Assembly (NCBI GenBank): GCA_963770565.1
Contig: CAVYQE010000001.1
Span: 1,184,001 to 1,248,000 of the forward strand
DNA length: 64,000 bases
DNA from: an uncultured Actinomycetota bacterium
GTDB taxonomy: Bacteria; Actinomycetota; Actinomycetes; JAFAQI01
Direction of reading: 5' to 3'
Below are positions 10,555 through 18,554 of this stretch, one piece after another. How positions within the stretch are numbered: the first letter of the stretch is position 1; every line of letters begins with the position of its first letter. The notes beneath the pieces are model-generated. The model made no database searches, was not told where the DNA came from, and saw only the letters and a program-made list of their open reading frames with translations. Both the position numbers and the translations under genes were made by a program.

Positions 10555-10794
10555 CCGCTCACCGCAAGGCGGCATCCGAACATGGGAGAGCTGTACTTCG
10601 TGCTCGAGGGTCCATGTGAGATCCAGGTCGGCGACCGGGTTGAGATGTGCGAGGCGGGCACCGCGATCTACACCCCGGCGGGGACGCCACACAGCATCCG
10701 CACGTTCGACAACGGTGCCGCGGTCATGGTCGCCTTTCCCGAAGGTGACTGGAATGCCATTCAAAAGGTCTGGCACGAAGAAGCCGACCACTAA
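10555..10794 (+). pseudogene. Cupin-domain protein, probably a 5'-truncated remnant
   Basis: ELYFVLEG...IYTPAGTPHS cupin motifs. The first-motif residues (RRHPN) lie upstream of the only ATG (10582), in frame directly after the MOSC gene TAA. Confidence 0.55.
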
Positions 10795-10818
10795 GCGTCT
10801 GATCCCGAGCTTCGGCGG

Positions 10819-10838
10819 TTGTAGAATTGTCGGCATTC
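10819..10838 (+). promoter_or_regulatory. Putative -10 (TAGAAT, 10822-10827) overlapped by degenerate TGT-N2-AC boxes; possible GntR autoregulatory site
   Basis: TTGTAGAATTGTCGGCAT about 45 nt upstream of the GntR start; resembles the other boxes in the cluster. Confidence 0.45.
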
Positions 10839-10878
10839 AGTCACCCGACAGATCGACACGTCGAGCAGAGGATGGACG

Positions 10879-11583
10879 ATGTCCCACCCGCCCGTGCCGG
10901 TGTCGACCGCCAGCCAGCTCCAGCCGCTTCAGCTACAGAGCACGCCTGAGCTGATCGCCGACCGGCTGCGCTCGGAGATCCTCGACGGCCGGTTCGCACC
11001 CGACGACCAGCTCTCCGAAGTCGAGATCTCCCGGCAGCTCAAGGTCAGCCGCGGCCCGATCCGCGAGGCGATGCAGCGGCTGATCCAGGAAGGTCTGCTG
11101 CGCGCGGAGCGCAACCGCGGGGTGTTCGTCGTCCAGCTGAACGCCGACGACATCCGCGACGTCTATCTGGCCCGCGCGGCCGTCGAGCGCGCCGCCGCAA
11201 GCGTCGTGGCCGAGCATCAGCCGGCCGGTGCGCTGGCGGCGCTCCAGCAGATCGTCAACGACCTCTCGGCATCGGTCGGCGGTGCATGGGGCGACCTGAT
11301 CTCCTACGACCTCTCCTTTCACCAGGCGCTGGTCGACGCCGCCGGCAGCCGCCGGTTGAGCCGGATGTTCTCCACCCTGAGTGCCGAGACCCGGCTGTGC
11401 CTCATGCGGCTTGAACCGTTCTACGAGCGGCCGGCCGAGGTCGTCGCCGAGCACCAGGCGATCGTGGATGCGCTCAAGGCCGGTGACGTGCAGAACGTCA
11501 CCCGGTTGATCCAGGCGCACATGGATGCCTCGGTGGTAAGGCTGGCGACCCAGCCGGTGGGCGCCGCGGACTCCTCCGCCTAG
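10879..11583 (+). CDS. GntR family (FCD domain) transcriptional regulator
   Basis: wHTH LSEVEISRQLKVSRGPIREAMQRL. FCD motifs DLSFHQAL and EHQAIVDAL...HM. Confidence 0.93.
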   Translation: MSHPPVPVSTASQLQPLQLQSTPELIADRLRSEILDGRFAPDDQLSEVEISRQLKVSRGPIREAMQRLIQEGLLRAERNRGVFVVQLNADDIRDVYLARAAVERAAASVVAEHQPAGALAALQQIVNDLSASVGGAWGDLISYDLSFHQALVDAAGSRRLSRMFSTLSAETRLCLMRLEPFYERPAEVVAEHQAIVDALKAGDVQNVTRLIQAHMDASVVRLATQPVGAADSSA

Positions 11584-11614
11584 CGCGGCGGCCTGCCTGC
11601 GTGCCTGCCTCGGC

Positions 11615-12655
11615 TCAGGCGAGGATGCAGGCGACCTCGTGGTCGGTCCCGGTCGCGCCGGTCGGCGGGCGCAGCTGCGGATCGATCTCGGCACAGCGAT
11701 CCTCGGCGATCGGGCAGCGCTGGCGGAACCGGCACCCGCTCGGCAGGTTGGTCGCGCTCGGAGTCTCACCCTTGAGCAGCTGGACGTTGCGGGTCTCCCG
11801 TGGGTCGCTGTTCGGGATGACCGACACCAGCGCCTTGGTGTAGGGATGCTTCGGGTTCTCGACGATCTCCCAGGCCGGGCCGCACTCGACGATCCGGCCG
11901 AGGTACATGACCGCGATCCGATCGGCGAAGTGCGCGGCCGTCGACAGGTCGTGGGTAATCATCAGGATCGCGCGCTGCTTGTCCCGTCGCAGCGTGTCCA
12001 GCAGCGAGAGGATGCCCGATCGCACCGAGACGTCGAGCATCGACACCGGTTCGTCGGCGAGCAGCAGCTCCGGCTCGAGCACGAGGCTGGTGGCGATCGC
12101 GACCCGCTGGCGCTGACCACCGGACAGCTCGTGCGGGAAGCGGTTGAGGAACAGGTCGGCGGGCGCGAGGCCGACCCGCTCGAGCGCCTGGTGGACCAGG
12201 TCGCGCCGGGCGCTTCTCGGGCCGCCGAGGTGGTGGATCAGCAAGGGCTCCTCGACGGCTTGCCGGACGTGGAAGCGCGGGTCGAGTGCGTCATACGGAT
12301 CCTGGAAGATCATCTGCAGGCGGCGACGCATCGAGCGCATCCGCCGGGCGGACAGGTGGCTGATGTCGACGCCGTCGAACACGATCGTGCCGGCGGTCGG
12401 CTCGAGCATCCGCAGGATGGTCTGGACCGTCGTCGTCTTCCCGCAGCCGGACTCGCCGACGAGCGCGAGCATCTCGCCGCGCTGGAGGTCGAAGGAAATG
12501 CCGTCGAGGGCCTTGATCCACTGCCGCGGCCGGCGCAGGAGCCGGTCTCGGACCCGCTGCCGGACCGGGTAGTACGTCGCGAGGTCCCGGACCGACAGCA
12601 GGCTAGATCCGGTCGACACCGACTCGGCTCCGGCGCTGGCCTCGATGATGCTCAC
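11615..12655 (-). CDS. Oligopeptide/dipeptide ABC transporter ATP-binding protein (OppF/AppF type)
   Basis: GESGCGKT, LSGGQRQR, DEPVSMLD and GCRFRQRCP motifs. GTG start overlaps the upstream TGA (GTGA). Confidence 0.92.
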   Translation of the reverse strand: MSIIEASAGAESVSTGSSLLSVRDLATYYPVRQRVRDRLLRRPRQWIKALDGISFDLQRGEMLALVGESGCGKTTTVQTILRMLEPTAGTIVFDGVDISHLSARRMRSMRRRLQMIFQDPYDALDPRFHVRQAVEEPLLIHHLGGPRSARRDLVHQALERVGLAPADLFLNRFPHELSGGQRQRVAIATSLVLEPELLLADEPVSMLDVSVRSGILSLLDTLRRDKQRAILMITHDLSTAAHFADRIAVMYLGRIVECGPAWEIVENPKHPYTKALVSVIPNSDPRETRNVQLLKGETPSATNLPSGCRFRQRCPIAEDRCAEIDPQLRPPTGATGTDHEVACILA

Positions 12656-13635
12656 GACGCCTCGCCGACCAGCAGCTTGTCGTCGTGGAAGCAGGCGGCA
12701 GCTCGGTCGGGCGCGATCTGCAGCAGCTCGGGTGCCTGCGTGGCGCATTGGTTGATCGCCCGGTCGCAGCGCGGCTGGAACGGGCAGCCCACGATGTCGC
12801 GGTCGAGGCGCGGCGGCGCGCCGGGAATCGACGCCACCTGAGTACGACGGTGCAGATCCGGCGTGGCGCGGAACAACATCCGGGTGTAGGGGTGGTGCGG
12901 GTCGTGGAAGAGCGCGTCGAGCGGCCCGACCTCGACGAACCGACCGGCGTACATCACTGCGGCGCGGTCACAGACCTGCGCGACGACCGGCAGGTCGTGG
13001 GTGACCAGGATGAGCGCGAGCCCCAGGTCGTCGGTCAGCCGGGTGAGCAGGTCGAGGATCTGGGCCTGCACCATGACGTCGAGCGCGGTCGTCGGCTCGT
13101 CGGCGAGCAGCACGCGCGGGTCGCAGGCCAGGGCCATCGCGATTGCGGCGCGCTGGCGCATCCCGCCGGAGAACTCGTGCGGATAGCGGCGCGCCGCCTC
13201 GGTCGGGATCCCGACCAGAGTCAGCAGGTGCTCGGCCTTGCGCCTCGCCTCCGGCCCGCTCGCAACGCCGTGCAGGAGCATCGGCTCGACGATCTGCCAA
13301 CCGACCGTCTTCACCGGGTTCAGCGCGTTCATCGCACCCTGGAAGACCATCGCGATGTCCGACCACCGCGCGGCGCGCGCGGTGTTCTCCCCGCCGGCGA
13401 GGATGTCGGTGCCGTCGAGCCGGACCTGCCCGGCCACCGACGCCGATGGTGGGAGCAAGCCCATCAGGGCGAGCAACGCGGTGGACTTCCCGCAGCCCGA
13501 CTCACCGACCAGGCCGAGCCGCTCGCCGGGGTTGAGGTCGAAGCTCACCCCTTGGACGGCGCGAAGCTCCCGGCCCTCGCGAATGTCGAACCACACCTGC
13601 AGGTCGCGGACCTCCATCAGGCTCATCGCGGCCAA
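12652..13635 (-). CDS. Oligopeptide/dipeptide ABC transporter ATP-binding protein (OppD type)
   Basis: GESGCGKS, FSGGMRQR, DEPTTALD and GCPFQPRC motifs. Confidence 0.92.
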   Translation of the reverse strand: MAAMSLMEVRDLQVWFDIREGRELRAVQGVSFDLNPGERLGLVGESGCGKSTALLALMGLLPPSASVAGQVRLDGTDILAGGENTARAARWSDIAMVFQGAMNALNPVKTVGWQIVEPMLLHGVASGPEARRKAEHLLTLVGIPTEAARRYPHEFSGGMRQRAAIAMALACDPRVLLADEPTTALDVMVQAQILDLLTRLTDDLGLALILVTHDLPVVAQVCDRAAVMYAGRFVEVGPLDALFHDPHHPYTRMLFRATPDLHRRTQVASIPGAPPRLDRDIVGCPFQPRCDRAINQCATQAPELLQIAPDRAAACFHDDKLLVGEAS

Positions 13636-13716
13636 CCGGTGGCGGGCAGGGAGGCGGCGGGACGCCGTCGGGAGTCGTCGATCGCATCCCCCTCTGAGGC
13701 AGTGGAAACGTCTAGA

Positions 13717-13756
13717 AAAGTACCGATGAGGGCCGAGGTGGTCAACAGTTTACAAT
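13717..13756 (-). promoter_or_regulatory. Sigma70-type promoter for oppDF (TTGACC-N17-TACTTT) with tandem TGT-N2-AC operator boxes
   Basis: Minus strand -35 TTGACC (13745-13740), 17-nt spacer, -10 TACTTT (13722-13717). Minus strand ATTGTAAACTGTTGAC overlaps the -35. Confidence 0.6.
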
Positions 13757-13824
13757 CGACTTGCAGACATCTTTGGGTCACCGGCCGGCGTACCGAGCTC
13801 GCGCACATAGATAAGGTGTGCGAC

Positions 13825-13921
13825 GGAGGTGTCCGGGCACCCGGTGGGCTCCGCCGCCTTCAAAGCGGTTGGTCGTGGCACTCACCACGACGGCGGGTTC
13901 GACTCCCGTCCGCCTCCGCCA
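13825..13921 (+). tRNA. selC: tRNA-Sec (anticodon UCA)
   Basis: 97 nt. Acceptor GGAGGTG/CGCCTCC + G + encoded CCA. CGGT D-loop. Anticodon loop CTTCAAA (TCA at 13860-13862). Long variable arm GTCGTGG/CCACGAC. T-arm GCGGG-TTCGACT-CCCGT. Confidence 0.97.
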
Positions 13922-13947
13922 TCGCGTAGCGGGGGACTGAGCGGTAG

Positions 13948-14757
13948 TCAGCGCTCGTCGGGAAGGGGCGGCGCGTCCCGTTCGTCGTACCAGGAACCGC
14001 CACCGAGCTCTCCGCCGTCGACGATGATGGTCTGCCCGGTGATCCACGCGGCTTCGTCCGAGGCGAGGAACAGCACCGCGGCCGCCTGGTCGGCCGGCGT
14101 GCCGACCCGGCGCAACGGGATCCGCCGGAGGTACTCGCGTTCGAGCCGGGCGGCGTCCGGGTCCACGGCAAGCTCCGCCTCGTTCTCCGGAGTGGTGGTC
14201 TGCCCCGGCGCTACACAGTTGGCGCGAACGTTGAGGTGGCCGAGCTCGTGCGACACCGCCTTGGTCAACGCGACGAGGGCCGCCTTCGAGGCGTTGTAGA
14301 CCGATTCCGGCGACTCGTTCTTGAACGCATTGGCCGACGCGATGTTGACGATCGCACCACCTCCGTGCTCGGCCATGTGTGCGCCGGCGACCTGCATCGT
14401 TGCCATCGGCGCGCGGGCGTTGACCGCGAAGGCCAGGTCGAAGGTCTCCTTGGTGACCTCCAGGAACGGACCGTCCGGCATCGTGCCGGCGCAGTTGACC
14501 AGCACATGCAGGCGACCGGCCGAAGCGATCACGTCGCGCGCCAGCCCGCGGGCTGCGTCGAAGTCGCTGAGGTCGACCGGGTGGACGCTTACCCGCTCAG
14601 GCGCCGACTGCTCGGCGCGCATCCGTTCGAGGCCGTCGGCCCGGATGTCCGCGGCGAAGACGTTCGCACCCTCGGCGAGGAATGCCTCGGCAATCCCGCG
14701 GCCGATCCCCTGTGCGGCACCGGTGACGAGAACGTTGCGATTGGTGAAACGGGGCAT
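13948..14757 (-). CDS. SDR family NAD(P)-dependent oxidoreductase
   Basis: TGAAQGIG, NCAG, YNASK and ITGQTIIVDGG motifs. ATG overlaps the upstream TGA. Confidence 0.92.
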   Translation of the reverse strand: MPRFTNRNVLVTGAAQGIGRGIAEAFLAEGANVFAADIRADGLERMRAEQSAPERVSVHPVDLSDFDAARGLARDVIASAGRLHVLVNCAGTMPDGPFLEVTKETFDLAFAVNARAPMATMQVAGAHMAEHGGGAIVNIASANAFKNESPESVYNASKAALVALTKAVSHELGHLNVRANCVAPGQTTTPENEAELAVDPDAARLEREYLRRIPLRRVGTPADQAAAVLFLASDEAAWITGQTIIVDGGELGGGSWYDERDAPPLPDER

Positions 14758-15596
14758 CACGGCACCTCGGGGTAGTGCAGCGGGTGCCCGGAGACACCGA
14801 CGTCTGCGATCGACAGATGATTGGCACCGACGTTGGCCACGACCGCCCGGTCGAGCGAGCTGCCGATCCACGCGATGTTGGTCGGCGCGTCGAAGTGCGA
14901 CGCGAGATGGTCGTCGACGACCGTCTCCACCGAGCCGTCCGGAGTGACCCGCAGCAGTCCGTCCGGCCGATAGAGGGTCACCCAGTAGCTCCCGTCGGCC
15001 GCCAGCCCGACGCCGTCGGCGTCGGTGTCCGGAAGCTCGGCGATCACCCGGGCCGGCCCGGCCGACCCATCAGAACGGATCGGGACAAGGACCAGCCGCT
15101 CGGCCTTGGCTTCGACGACGACGAGCGCGTCGCCGCCAGGGGTAACCAGGCAACCATTCGGGTACGCCGGAACCTCGGTCGTCCACGTCTCGGTGTGACC
15201 ACCGGGCGTGATCCGGACGACCTCCGGCCGGTCGTCCTCACCCGAGCAGGTGACGTAGGCCATGCCGTCGGGCCCGAACGCCATCACGTTCGGGGTGTCA
15301 AGGTCGATGCCGTCGACGCCGCGCGCGTAGACCGAGATCGCCCCGGTCTTCGGGTCGATCCGCGCGATCTCGCCGTGCTCGACGTCGCAGGCATACACCC
15401 GGCCGTTGCCGTCGACCGCGATGCCCAGCATCGACCCGCCGGTCGTACCGAGCAGCTCGACCGAGCCGTCGACCGATACGGCGTAGAACTCCCCGCCCTC
15501 GCCACCGGCATAGACGCGGCCGTCGAAGGGGTTCCACGCCACGCCCTCCGAGTGGTTGAGCCCGTCGGCGAAGACCGAGAAGACATCGATGTTCAC
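14757..15596 (-). CDS. SMP-30/gluconolactonase/LRE family protein
   Basis: SEGVAW, PNVMAF, YPNG, DADG and PTNIAW propeller motifs. Confidence 0.88.
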   Translation of the reverse strand: MNIDVFSVFADGLNHSEGVAWNPFDGRVYAGGEGGEFYAVSVDGSVELLGTTGGSMLGIAVDGNGRVYACDVEHGEIARIDPKTGAISVYARGVDGIDLDTPNVMAFGPDGMAYVTCSGEDDRPEVVRITPGGHTETWTTEVPAYPNGCLVTPGGDALVVVEAKAERLVLVPIRSDGSAGPARVIAELPDTDADGVGLAADGSYWVTLYRPDGLLRVTPDGSVETVVDDHLASHFDAPTNIAWIGSSLDRAVVANVGANHLSIADVGVSGHPLHYPEVP

Positions 15597-17182
15597 GATT
15601 TGCGCACCTCCCGTAGCACCTCACGTGCACAGTTACGCCCGTTCGCACCCGTGACCCCGCCGCCCGGATGCGTACCTGCGCCACACAGGTAGAGCCGGTC
15701 GATCGGCGTGCGGTAGTCGGCGTAGCCGCGAACCGGACGCATGAACAGCAACTGATCCGGCGACATGTCGCCGTGCAGGTGGTGCCCTCCGGTCAGCGCG
15801 AGCCGGCGCTCGAGGTCGAGCGGGGACAGGATCTCGCGATGAAGCACGGAGCCGGGCAGGTTGGGCATCGACTCCCCGAGGCGCGCGATGACGCGGTCGG
15901 CCACCTGCTCCTTGACGTCGTCCCACGCCGCGTCGTGCAACGTATAGGGCTGCGATCGCACCCCGATCGTCAGCACGTGCTTGCCTTCGGGCGCGAGTGC
16001 CGGGTCGTGCACGGTCGGGATGCAGAGCTCGGCGTGCGCAAGCTCCGCGGGACGACCCGATCGCGCGGCTTCCTGGTCGCGGTCGAGGTCCGCGAGCGGT
16101 TTGGTGAACTGCACGAGACCGCGGTGATACGGCTGCACTCCGGCGTCGCTCGACCCACGCAACCGCGGTAGCTCGGAAACAGCGAGGTTGAGCTTCATGC
16201 TCGCGCCCTCGCAGCGATATGCGCGGACCGCGCCGACGAACTCGCGTGGGAGCTCGGATTCGTGGACCAGGCTCAGGAAGGTTCGCTTCGGGTCGGCGTT
16301 GGACACCACCCGGGCGGCGCCGATCTCCTCGCCGTCCTCGAGCACCACCCCGGTCGCCCGCCCGCCGCGGACCACGATCCTCGCTACCGGAGCGCTGGTG
16401 CGGATCACGGCGCCGGCCTCGCGGGCAGCCTCGGCCATGAGTGCGGTCACGACGCCCATCCCGCCCGGGACGAAGCCCCACCCGAGTCCGCCGCCCGAGC
16501 CACCGGACGCGGCCTCGTGCAGCAGGTTGTACGCCGTACCGGGCGTGGACGGACCGGCGAGGGTGTTGCTGATCGACTCCCAGCCGAGCGCGGACTTGAG
16601 CATCTCGTTCTCGAAGTGCTCGTCGAGGTATCGCTTCGCCGACGTCGTGAACAGGTACGCGGCGTCGACCAGGTCCCGCCGGTGCCCGAAGCCGAGCCGG
16701 CCGTAGCGGGCGAGCGCGCGCAGGTCGTGCAGGGAACACGGTCGCAGGTTCGGCGGCGCCCAGTCGAAGACCGGCATCAGCGACTGCGCGATGCCGGTCA
16801 GCCGCTCCTCGTAGCCGACGAACGCGTCCGCGTCGGCCCGGGACAGCGAGCGGATCTCCTCGACCGTCCGGTGCCGCTCCCCGTGCAGGGTGAAGGTCTG
16901 CCCGTCGGGATAGACGTTCAGCGAAGGTCCCGCCTGGGCGATCCGCAGGCCGCGCTCGCGCAGCCGCAGGTCGGCCCAGACCGGCTCACGCAGCATCGAC
17001 AGGACGTAGGCGCCCGGCGAGGCGTGGAAGCCGGGCGCGAACTCCTCGGTCACGCAGGCCCCGCCGACGATCCCGCGGCGCTCGACCACCAGGGTGCGCA
17101 GCCCGCCGCGGGACAGGTAGAACGCGGCTACCAGGCCGTTGTGGCCGCCACCGACGATCACGGCGTCGAAGGAGGAGTCCAT
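15593..17182 (-). CDS. Phytoene desaturase-like (PYROXD2-like) FAD-dependent oxidoreductase
   Basis: VGGGHNGLVAA, GGACVTEE, GGMG and LYLCGAGTHPGGGVTGANGRNCA motifs. Confidence 0.9.
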   Translation of the reverse strand: MDSSFDAVIVGGGHNGLVAAFYLSRGGLRTLVVERRGIVGGACVTEEFAPGFHASPGAYVLSMLREPVWADLRLRERGLRIAQAGPSLNVYPDGQTFTLHGERHRTVEEIRSLSRADADAFVGYEERLTGIAQSLMPVFDWAPPNLRPCSLHDLRALARYGRLGFGHRRDLVDAAYLFTTSAKRYLDEHFENEMLKSALGWESISNTLAGPSTPGTAYNLLHEAASGGSGGGLGWGFVPGGMGVVTALMAEAAREAGAVIRTSAPVARIVVRGGRATGVVLEDGEEIGAARVVSNADPKRTFLSLVHESELPREFVGAVRAYRCEGASMKLNLAVSELPRLRGSSDAGVQPYHRGLVQFTKPLADLDRDQEAARSGRPAELAHAELCIPTVHDPALAPEGKHVLTIGVRSQPYTLHDAAWDDVKEQVADRVIARLGESMPNLPGSVLHREILSPLDLERRLALTGGHHLHGDMSPDQLLFMRPVRGYADYRTPIDRLYLCGAGTHPGGGVTGANGRNCAREVLREVRKS

Positions 17183-17254
17183 CAGCGCTGGCCGGTTGAC
17201 TCGGGGCTCATTTGCGGGTGGTCCTCCGCCACGTCGTCGGGGCGCGCGTGAGCG

Positions 17255-17290
17255 TTGACCCCCAATATTGTCAACTGTAGACTGTCAGAC
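17255..17290 (+). promoter_or_regulatory. Sigma70-type promoter of grd operon (TTGACC-N17-TAGACT) overlapped by three tandem TGT-N2/3-AC boxes
   Basis: -35 at 17255-17260 and -10 at 17278-17283. TGTCAAC-TGTAGAC-TGTCAGAC at 17269-17290. ATG at 17292 has no SD, so the mRNA is probably leaderless. Confidence 0.68.
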
Positions 17291-17291
17291 T

Positions 17292-18554
17292 ATGCGAGCG
17301 GAGTACAGTTCTGATCCGCTCGAACTGGCGACGTACGACGTCACGGGCGTCGAGGCCGGCGCCACCAGCACCTGGTCGGACGGCCGGCTGACCCTCGACC
17401 TCGCGGGCATCACCGAGCGCGCCCGGCACCTCGCACCTGCGGTCGCCGAGCTCGCCGTGCGGCTGGTGCATCCGGGGGAACCGGTCCGGATCGCCAACGT
17501 TCTCGATGTGATCGTGCCCGACGTGAAGGCGGCCGATCCCGATGCCACCTTTCCCGGCGTGCTCGGCGCGCTGCGACCGGCCGGACGCGGGCGCACCCAC
17601 CGGCTGGCCGGCCTGCGCGTGCTCACTGTCTGTGACTGGCGCAGCGCCGGGCTGACCACCGACGAGGAGTTTCCCGACTCCTACGTCGACATGGCCGGAC
17701 CCGGTCAGGCGATGACGGCGTGGGGCGCGCACCCGGTGCTGGTCGTGAGCGCCGTTCCGAAGCCGGACGCGGCACTCGGCGATGTCGACCGCTCGTTGCG
17801 CACGGCGGCGCTGAGCGTCGCCCGCGATGCGGCCGCCGCGACGCTGGGGCAACTGCCGAGCCGGGTCGAGTCCTTCGAGCTGCCCGCGGTCGCCGACACC
17901 GACCTGCCGCGGGTCGCGGCGATCCTTCAGGTCGCGTCCGAGGGTCCGCTCGTCGACACGTTCCTCTACGGCGGCGCGGTGTCGACCATCGACCCCACCC
18001 TGTTGGACCACCGCGAGATCCTCGACGGCGCGTTGACCAATGGCGCGTATGACTGGCCGGCGGTCCGCAACCTCACCGCGTCCTACCAGGACAGCGCGCT
18101 CGTCCGCTCGCTGGTCGCGCAACACGGTACGACCTTGCAGTTCGCCGGCGTTGTGCTCGCGCTCGGCTATCTCGACACGAGTATCGAGAAGGAGCACTCG
18201 GCGATGCAGTCGGCGCGACTGTGCCGTCTGCTCGGTGCCGAGGGGGTGGTCTGTACGACGTTCTCCTCCGGCAACTCGCACACTGACACCATGCTCACCG
18301 TGCGTGCCTGCGAGGCCGAAGGCATCCGGGCGGTGGCGATCATCTCCGAGTCCAACGGCGGCCTCACCGATCACGTGCCCGAGGCGGACGTACTCATCAG
18401 CACCGGCAACCACGACGAGCTGGTCGATCCGTGGTTGCCTGAGGAGGTGCTCGGAGCTCCGACTGCGATGGCTGGCGAGCCGGTGCCGTTGTGGTCGTAC
18501 GTCGGTGCGTGCGTGCAGACCGGTGACTTCGACCTGATGGCGGCGCCGGCATGA
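17292..18554 (+). CDS. grdE: Glycine/sarcosine/betaine reductase component B, GrdE/GrdG/GrdI-family subunit (no Cys at the processing site)
   Basis: Family motifs GRGRTHRL, VDMAGPG, LPRVA, DTFLYG, PTLL..EILDGAL, HG..LQFAGV, KE.S...A.L..LLG.EG and GN..TD. Directly upstream of the selenoprotein B gene (ATGA overlap). Symbol denotes the family only. Confidence 0.85.
   Translation: MRAEYSSDPLELATYDVTGVEAGATSTWSDGRLTLDLAGITERARHLAPAVAELAVRLVHPGEPVRIANVLDVIVPDVKAADPDATFPGVLGALRPAGRGRTHRLAGLRVLTVCDWRSAGLTTDEEFPDSYVDMAGPGQAMTAWGAHPVLVVSAVPKPDAALGDVDRSLRTAALSVARDAAAATLGQLPSRVESFELPAVADTDLPRVAAILQVASEGPLVDTFLYGGAVSTIDPTLLDHREILDGALTNGAYDWPAVRNLTASYQDSALVRSLVAQHGTTLQFAGVVLALGYLDTSIEKEHSAMQSARLCRLLGAEGVVCTTFSSGNSHTDTMLTVRACEAEGIRAVAIISESNGGLTDHVPEADVLISTGNHDELVDPWLPEEVLGAPTAMAGEPVPLWSYVGACVQTGDFDLMAAPA

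Noticed and set aside
13825-13921. selC as integration site of a mobile island
   Set aside because: I found no integrase and no duplicated tRNA 3' end (att repeat) in the window; short CTCCGCC matches are expected at this GC content.
15593-17182. Carotenoid biosynthesis cluster
   Set aside because: No crtB, crtE or crtY nearby; the context is catabolic.
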